IMG/VR virus record: IMGVR_UViG_3300029169_000008
Location: 1-42,548 of that record
Source of the DNA: a virus
Lineage: Duplodnaviria; Caudoviricetes
Direction: 5' to 3' (one strand)
DNA: 42,548 bases
How positions within the stretch are numbered: the stretch's first letter is position 1; every line of letters starts with the position of its first letter. Positions 37,399 to 42,548 of this stretch are shown piece by piece. Made by a program: the position numbers and the translations under genes. The notes below the pieces were generated by a model that saw only the letters and a list, made by a program, of their open reading frames with translations, was not told the DNA's origin and did not search any database.

Positions 37399-37577
37399 TG
37401 ATTAATATATTAAAACAGTGGCTAACTTCCACCTTTGGGATACACTTCCATACTTGGGGGAAGTGGGAACACGCTGGAACTATAGAAAGTACCATACACG
37501 GCGGGGTAATAGGGGAACTACAAGAAAGATCTTGCGGAGACTGCGGTAAGAAGAAACGGAGTAGGGTAGAGGCTTAA
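37398..37577 (+). CDS. small His/Cys zinc-binding protein (DUF1660-like)
   Basis: Not in the ORF track. MINILKQWLTSTFGIHFHTWGKW...QERSCGDCGKKK (59 aa). Confidence 0.6.
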   Translation: MINILKQWLTSTFGIHFHTWGKWEHAGTIESTIHGGVIGELQERSCGDCGKKKRSRVEA

Positions 37578-37578
37578 T

Positions 37579-37869
37579 ATGAAACTAGGCGAAATAAAAC
37601 CAGGGGAGTACTTTACAAGGTGCGAAGGTAGACACTTGTGTAGAAGAATGAGTAACGAGGAAGCTAAAGAAAAGAACGGATACTACGCCGATGCCGGTGA
37701 GTCTGGGTTTTATTTCGAATACGTAGACGGCATAGCTAACTCAGAAGATATCTATGACTCCTACCCTGGCACGTCTTTAGATGGTTTTGTAGGAAGGGGT
37801 ATAAAATACCTACCGGATTACGAAAACAAACGTACAGTAGAAAAGGAAATAAAGGGATGATTACTATGA
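37579..37869 (+). CDS. EWL-tail family protein with TGA at the Trp position (VEKEIKG*LL)
   Basis: IKPGEYF start. TGA at 37858 replaces the motif Trp; the next stop at 37867-37869 overlaps the ATG of the next gene. Confidence 0.6.
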
Positions 37870-38105
37870 AATTTAAACCAGGAGATATAGCAACTTGGAA
37901 AATGTCTACGAGCAGTCTTAAGATTGAGATATTAGAGTTTCTACCAGATACATCTGAATATAGAGTAGGTTGGTTATATACTGGAGAATTTAGGAGCTTT
38001 TCAGATGAGCAGCCAATGAGCTTAGTGGACTCCTATTGCGACTTAGATATAGAATCTATGAAGAAAAGAACAGTAGCTAACGAAGTAAAGGAGTGGTTAG
38101 CATGA
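37866..38105 (+). CDS. small protein, EWL-tail family (ends VANEVKEWLA)
   Basis: MKFKPGDIATW start. Confidence 0.72.
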   Translation: MKFKPGDIATWKMSTSSLKIEILEFLPDTSEYRVGWLYTGEFRSFSDEQPMSLVDSYCDLDIESMKKRTVANEVKEWLA

Positions 38106-38638
38106 ACATAAGTAAAGTAAAACTAAACATACAAGGGGAAGTGGTAGGTCCTTACGATGTCCTAGCTAACGGTTCCATAGAATTAGATGGTGAGGCTCTT
38201 ACTCCAAAACTACTAAACAGGCTGGGAGTTAAGATCATAGAGATCCCCAACAAGGTAGTAACCTATGTAGGAGGCTTCTCTTGTAAATCTGAACCTGACG
38301 GATTCAGTGCAAAAGGTAAACGCACTTACAGTCTACTATCTTACAAGTTCACCCCCTTCATCGGGCAGAGAGTAAAAGTAACGGTAGAAAAGAAAGCTTC
38401 AAAAATATCTTATAAAGTACAGGACGCTCTAAAGCTACAAGATTTTTACGGCTTAACGGATGAGAATATAGAGAGCATGGAACAAAAGGGCTATGTAATA
38501 ACGCCGGAAGAGCCTTTGACCTTCGAAGCTTCCGTAGAGCCAAGTGGAGCCAGCTACGATGACTCAGGTAAGATTATACACGAGCATCGTTTAGTAGACC
38601 CTGGTAGGATAACCCTAGAACCTTTGGAGGAGGTATGA
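38102..38638 (+). CDS. hypothetical protein
   Basis: ATGA-coupled start (MNISKV). Confidence 0.6.
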   Translation: MNISKVKLNIQGEVVGPYDVLANGSIELDGEALTPKLLNRLGVKIIEIPNKVVTYVGGFSCKSEPDGFSAKGKRTYSLLSYKFTPFIGQRVKVTVEKKASKISYKVQDALKLQDFYGLTDENIESMEQKGYVITPEEPLTFEASVEPSGASYDDSGKIIHEHRLVDPGRITLEPLEEV

Positions 38639-38904
38639 AGTACCTATTCGTATTGTCAATGCTCTTGCTAAGTGGATGCTCTAGCGAGCAACTACCTCCC
38701 GCGATTTCTAAGCTCATATCAGCCTCCTCAGAGGAAGTTAGAGACTTAAATGAAAGATACTACAAACAAGGATGCTTAGACATGTTAAGGGCCGTTGAGA
38801 AGGCTGACGGTGGGTTCTTCCGAAACCCTACTCAGATAATCTCTTGGTGTGGCTTTAGGAGCAAGCTCGCTAAGCTACCTGAAGAAGAAGGTTGTGAGAA
38901 ATGA
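38635..38904 (+). CDS. putative lipoprotein
   Basis: MKYLFVLSMLLLSGC lipobox; GGAGG RBS. Confidence 0.7.
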   Translation: MKYLFVLSMLLLSGCSSEQLPPAISKLISASSEEVRDLNERYYKQGCLDMLRAVEKADGGFFRNPTQIISWCGFRSKLAKLPEEEGCEK

Positions 38905-38926
38905 GTATGATTAGAGGTAAGATAAA

Positions 38927-39169
38927 GTGATAAAAATAGGAGACTACTATGCCGATAGCAGCAATAGAATTTACTTAGTAACAGCAGTAATTGCAGATTA
39001 TGGGCCTGGAAGTTATATAACTACACTTAGAGCCCTGGACTACAAAACCAACTACGACGGAAGTAACTGGTCTGTAGGCAATATACAAAATAATCCTGAA
39101 TGGAAAAGGATACCAGACTACGAAAGGGTACTCTACCTACAAGAAGAGATTAATGATTGGTTAAAGTGA
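38927..39169 (+). CDS. small protein, EWL-tail family (ends LQEEINDWLK)
   Basis: IKIGDYY start, GTG with GAGGT RBS. Confidence 0.7.
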   Translation: MIKIGDYYADSSNRIYLVTAVIADYGPGSYITTLRALDYKTNYDGSNWSVGNIQNNPEWKRIPDYERVLYLQEEINDWLK

Positions 39170-39279
39170 AATGACTTAAGAGGTTATTCTGCAAACACAA
39201 AGACAGGGAAAGCTATCACTTGTTCAATAGGCATAAGTGTAGGTCTTGTGGGTATGTAGGCTCTTACGTAAGAAGGTAA
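39166..39279 (+). pseudogene. DUF1660-like small Cys/His protein with TGA at codon 3
   Basis: GTGA-coupled: MK*LKRLFCKHKDRESYHLFNRHKCRSCGYVGSYVRR; no alternative in-frame start before the CKH motif. Confidence 0.55.
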
Positions 39280-39305
39280 GGACTCTCAAAATATTAACAG
39301 ACGTT

Positions 39306-39791
39306 TCAAGAATCCATAATATTTAAACAATCGAACTCTCCGTGGTATTTGATAGCAGCTTCATTATAGGCTAGTGCTGCACCCTTCTCGCTATCAAACC
39401 TACCTAAAGACAGCCTACCTTCATCAGTTCTAATTCTAGCTCTCCATAACTTACAATCTTTTAAAAAATCAACTCCTTTGTACATAGAACTGCAATTATC
39501 AGAGCCAGTACGATTCCTGTTATTATCTCTTGTTCTGCAGTATCTTAAGTTAACTCTTCTATTATCTAATTTATCTCTATTAGTGTGGTCTACGACCAAC
39601 CCCGGCTTCTTTTCTAAGATAAGCCTATGTAAGCTTTGCTTAGCTCTATACCTATTACCTTTGTGGCTAACTAACCAAGAATTAATGCAAGGGTAGCCAT
39701 CTTTTACCGTAATAACACGGTTTTTGTATTTTAAATATACGTCTTCGTCTACTGTTACATTAGTTCCGCATTTAGCTGTTAGTATAAACAT
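39306..39791 (-). CDS. HNH-AP2 homing endonuclease
   Basis: LHRLI...VVDHTNRDKLDNRRVNLR, then SSMYKGV..WRARI..LGRF.SE..AA.AYN.AA.KYHGEF. Confidence 0.88.
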   Translation of the reverse strand: MFILTAKCGTNVTVDEDVYLKYKNRVITVKDGYPCINSWLVSHKGNRYRAKQSLHRLILEKKPGLVVDHTNRDKLDNRRVNLRYCRTRDNNRNRTGSDNCSSMYKGVDFLKDCKLWRARIRTDEGRLSLGRFDSEKGAALAYNEAAIKYHGEFDCLNIMDS

Positions 39792-39797
39792 ATACTT

Positions 39798-39826
39798 ATA
39801 GTAGCATATAGTGCCGATTCTGTCAA
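39798..39826 (-). promoter_or_regulatory. sigma70 promoter driving the leaderless HNH-AP2 gene
   Basis: TTGACA-17 nt-TACTAT-AAGTAT-ATG. Confidence 0.75.
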
Positions 39827-39946
39827 CTTAAAAAGTTAAGTGTTTAATATCATTCATGTTTATTAAAGTCCCAGATAACGGGAGGGAGTGTGACCCAGTA
39901 CCGAGTCCGACCCACCCCCTCCTAGCCCATTCGTACACCCCCCCTA

Positions 39947-39977
39947 TGCATGCTCTGTGCCTGGCATGCTTCTTGCT
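39947..39977. promoter_or_regulatory. back-to-back sigma54-like (-24/-12) motifs
   Basis: Plus TGGCATGCTTCTTGCT (39962-39977); minus AGGCACAGAGCATGCA (39962-39947); both GG-N10-GC. Confidence 0.5.
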
Positions 39978-40140
39978 ACGCGTACACGCGATCTATTCTA
40001 ATAGGAGTATACCTGCTACTGTATAACTTCTGTACGTGTCTAATACTTCTACAGTAATGATAACGTATACTTAGCGTCGACCGACCATAACTTCTACACC
40101 TTCCACCTCCAGCAACCTAGTAAAGTCAAGGGCTTATGCG

Positions 40141-40157
40141 TTGGCACGTCTACTGCA
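40141..40157 (+). promoter_or_regulatory. sigma54-like promoter
   Basis: TTGGCACGTCTACTGCA (GG-N10-GC), about 70 nt before ATG 40226. Confidence 0.55.
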
Positions 40158-40225
40158 ACTACCTAAGATAGAACGGCACTGAAAAAGTAACTAAACTTTG
40201 ATAGTATTAAATAAAGGGGAAAACA

Positions 40226-40363
40226 ATGAAAGTATTATTCTTAAACGATCAAGTCATAATCATGTTTAAATCAATCGTATTGGTACAAGCTAAAGGAACT
40301 AGAGCCGATCTTCCTAGACTCATGGAAATAGCGCAAGAGAATCTAGTGGAGCTAGTAGGTTAA
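40226..40363 (+). CDS. small hypothetical protein
   Basis: Not in the ORF track. MKVLFLNDQVIIMFKS...NLVELVG (45 aa), AAGGGG RBS. Confidence 0.55.
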   Translation: MKVLFLNDQVIIMFKSIVLVQAKGTRADLPRLMEIAQENLVELVG

Positions 40364-40437
40364 GATGAACTTCCTAGAAGCTGTACAGCAAATTAAAGAC
40401 AATGGCGGCTTAGGCGTTAACTTGAAAGGTGGGGATA

Positions 40438-40671
40438 ATGTATAATAAAAAGGTATTGACAGTTTGGTTAATAGTACTTACTCTAATGTTAGCAGGATGT
40501 GGATCAGAGCAACAAGTAACCCAGCAAATAGAACATGAGGCGGTAGAATGCCCTATGGCTACCGATAACGTAGCTAAGTTAAAGAAACGTATTAAGAGGC
40601 TCCGAAAGGCTAGGAATAGACTTAAAAGGGTTAATAAGAGCCTTAGACGGAAATTAAGAAACGGGGGATAA
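40438..40671 (+). CDS. putative lipoprotein with basic coiled coil
   Basis: MYNKKVLTVWLIVLTLMLAGC lipobox; Arg/Lys-rich heptad tail. Confidence 0.65.
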   Translation: MYNKKVLTVWLIVLTLMLAGCGSEQQVTQQIEHEAVECPMATDNVAKLKKRIKRLRKARNRLKRVNKSLRRKLRNGG

Positions 40672-40672
40672 G

Positions 40673-40960
40673 ATGTTTAACAATAAGAGAATAAAGGAAT
40701 TAGAACGGAAAGTAAGAGTTTTAACTATTATGCTAGCTAAGTATAGGGTAAATCAGATCGTGGAGTTTGAGAAGGAATCTCATAGGATAAGTTATGTTGG
40801 AGCTTCCGTTACGACACACAAAGACGTATATCAATCTGAAATTATAGGTATCCATTTAGGGCATGCCGGGATAGTTTACGAAGGGGCTAACGGTTTTAAC
40901 ATAGAAGAGTCCGAGATTACTAAACTTTGTAAGTGTAAAAAAGGGAAGGCGGGGAAATAA
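40673..40960 (+). CDS. hypothetical protein
   Basis: 95 aa, in the operon. Confidence 0.6.
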   Translation: MFNNKRIKELERKVRVLTIMLAKYRVNQIVEFEKESHRISYVGASVTTHKDVYQSEIIGIHLGHAGIVYEGANGFNIEESEITKLCKCKKGKAGK

Positions 40961-40961
40961 G

Positions 40962-41168
40962 ATGAAAAAAGACATAACAACGCACAGTGAAAGAGAATTG
41001 AGTTTATTAGTATTTAAGGATGAAAGTCTGTATGAGAATAGACATAGTAGCTTTTTGATAGATATGCTAGACGATAACTTCATTTATACGGAAGAACAAA
41101 GGAAGAACCTAGAATGGGACTTGGAGGAGGACAAGGAAGAGCTGGAAACGGAAGATCAGCCTTATTAG
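40962..41168 (+). CDS. acidic hypothetical protein
   Basis: 68 aa, in the operon. Confidence 0.6.
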   Translation: MKKDITTHSERELSLLVFKDESLYENRHSSFLIDMLDDNFIYTEEQRKNLEWDLEEDKEELETEDQPY

Positions 41169-41377
41169 AGCAAGGGATTAGGGGAGAGTGTCTCTTTGAG
41201 CATCATTTTCATGATTGTTTCATGACTATTTCAAGGGTAATTTAGAGCTTATCTATTCACTTTCTACCCCTTCCCTTCGTTAAATACTTGTTATTAAAGG
41301 CAATAGCTTGTCACGTTACTATTCACTAACCTATTCAAAGACTATAACTATAAGATATTACTAAGAAAGGAGGCTAT

Positions 41378-41695
41378 ATGGGAAACTTAACAAACTATAA
41401 AGCAGAGTTTAAGACTCTACAGACTAATGAGGAGCTAGCTACTTGGAAGGCCTCTAGAGGAATTATTAGCTTCCTAGATGATTACTGGATAGAGAGATTT
41501 GCTAACATGGACATAAAAGAGTTATTAACAGGCTTAGCACTAGACACATACAGTAAAGAAGAACATGACGTTGAAGGGTTAACTTGGTTTGAGTGTAACC
41601 TAGAGTATAGAGTATCTTGCTTGTTAGAGTTACATAATAGGGATGATTATTTAAAGGATTGTATACTTGACTTAGAGATTAAGACTTGGTTATAG
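41378..41695 (+). CDS. small protein, EWL-tail family variant (ends LDLEIKTWL)
   Basis: 105 aa, AAGGAGG RBS. Confidence 0.7.
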   Translation: MGNLTNYKAEFKTLQTNEELATWKASRGIISFLDDYWIERFANMDIKELLTGLALDTYSKEEHDVEGLTWFECNLEYRVSCLLELHNRDDYLKDCILDLEIKTWL

Positions 41696-41781
41696 TGTAT
41701 TATATTATACATAGGAGTAATATTAGGACTACCCCGGTGCAGAATAGGGTAACTACTTGATAATACACAGGAAGGGGATAT

Positions 41782-41967
41782 ATGTCGGCAATAAGAGATT
41801 ATTCAAATACAGACCTGTTAGATAGCTTAAACGGTCTAGGTTGGGTTGCGGTAAACGCTAACGATAGCTACTATGGCTACTACTTAAGGCTAATGCAGGA
41901 ATACTACAAGAGAGGCTTAGATAGGCCATACAAGGTCAATAAGGAAGCGAAGGAGTGGCTAAAGTGA
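41782..41967 (+). CDS. small protein, EWL-tail family (ends VNKEAKEWLK)
   Basis: 61 aa, AAGGGG RBS. Confidence 0.7.
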   Translation: MSAIRDYSNTDLLDSLNGLGWVAVNANDSYYGYYLRLMQEYYKRGLDRPYKVNKEAKEWLK

Positions 41968-42206
41968 AGGATAACATAGACTTAAAGGAAACAGACATAG
42001 AATTGATGCTAGACTTGACTAAACGCTTTAGAAAGAGTGGCGACGTGGTTATATTCCAGCAAATTAGAGCAATGGATGGGATACTAACCGTTGAATACGG
42101 GGCTATGTATGTTAACAAATTGATTGATGAGGTAGCTTATAGAATAGATTATCCGAACAATGCAGCGGTTGATAAGGAAGTAAAGGAGTGGTTATCAGAT
42201 GATTGA
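41955..42206 (+). CDS. small protein, EWL-tail family (ends VDKEVKEWLSDD)
   Basis: GTG start at 41955 or 41964, coupled to the upstream motif. Confidence 0.7.
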   Translation: MAKVKDNIDLKETDIELMLDLTKRFRKSGDVVIFQQIRAMDGILTVEYGAMYVNKLIDEVAYRIDYPNNAAVDKEVKEWLSDD

Positions 42207-42354
42207 TGAGAATTTAACAGACAAGACTAGGCCTATCGTGCTATCCTTGTTATTATACGCTGGGGTTATGTTTATAGGTGGAATATCCCCTATAGTTATT
42301 ATATATAGCTTATTTTTGTTATTACTAGTATTTACTATACTTTACACGGTATAG
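42199..42354 (+). CDS. small two-TM membrane protein
   Basis: Not in the ORF track. MIDENLTDKTRPIVLSLLLYAG...FTILYTV (51 aa); AAGGAG RBS supplied by the upstream motif codons. Confidence 0.55.
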   Translation: MIDENLTDKTRPIVLSLLLYAGVMFIGGISPIVIIYSLFLLLLVFTILYTV

Positions 42355-42408
42355 GGAGTTAAAAGGGTTATATATTTACCCCGCTTGAGTTAGGAGGAGT
42401 TATCTACT

Positions 42409-42548
42409 ATGAAAAAGAGACGCTATATAACGCCGGAGGATGTCGAGGAGGGCATGATATTAACCTCCGATGAGAAAGACTCCTCAATATGGAAAGTGAC
42501 GCACAGAGACAACGTGACGCCGCTAGAATGGGATGTAGCCTATTACCA
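42409..42548 (+). CDS. hypothetical protein, runs off the right edge
   Basis: AGGAGG RBS; MKKRRYITPEDVEEGMILTS..., open to the end of the window. Confidence 0.55.
   Translation, partial: MKKRRYITPEDVEEGMILTSDEKDSSIWKVTHRDNVTPLEWDVAYY

Noticed and set aside
40365-40445. 26 aa mini-ORF MNFLEAVQQIKDNGG...
   Set aside because: Plausibly coupled to its neighbours but too short, with no clear RBS or motif.
41170-41280. Imperfect inverted repeat and TTTCATGA tandem in an intergenic gap
   Set aside because: Too degenerate to support a specific call.
28508-42206. Tag repeats as a CRISPR array, integron attC sites or DGR repeats
   Set aside because: The repeats are degenerate at DNA level, coding, irregularly spaced and not palindromic, and no cas, integrase or reverse transcriptase gene is in the window.
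1-42548. Genome-wide TGA-to-Trp recoding (code 4)
   Set aside because: Long Trp-containing genes have no in-frame TGA, and many genes end in canonical ATGA or GTGA overlaps that need TGA as stop.
1-42548. tRNA, rRNA, integrase, DNA polymerase or RNA polymerase genes
   Set aside because: No cloverleaf or diagnostic motifs seen by eye; the replication module is presumably outside the window. tRNAscan would be needed to exclude tRNAs formally.

Overview
This 42.5 kb window is part of an AT-rich dsDNA tailed phage, probably a podovirus, because no tape-measure, tail tube or sheath gene is visible. Bases 1-26.4 kb are a minus-strand morphogenesis block: terminase, portal, a large insert of putative head or fibre genes, scaffold, major capsid protein, HNH nuclease, M15 peptidase, fibres, head-tail adaptor, tail nozzle and ejection proteins. 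Bases 26.5-42.5 kb are a mostly plus-strand accessory block with dcd, a lysozyme, thyX interrupted by an HNH-type intein, a PQ-loop/SemiSWEET-like protein, a DUF5664-type nucleotide pyrophosphohydrolase, an HNH-AP2 nuclease and about 40 small ORFs. The main unexplained signal is that 16 otherwise divergent small ORFs end in the same C-terminal peptide, roughly [VL]xxE[VIAST]x[ED]WLx, and the scaffold protein ends in a similar INDWLYG. This could be a shared docking or capsid cargo-loading tag. Other signals are three in-frame TGA codons where Trp is expected, a candidate late promoter (AACAAWT) before ten late units, a set of leaderless sigma70 promoters, a sigma54-like promoter cluster and a convergent sense/antisense element. 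All functions are motif- and synteny-based calls made by eye, with no database searches.
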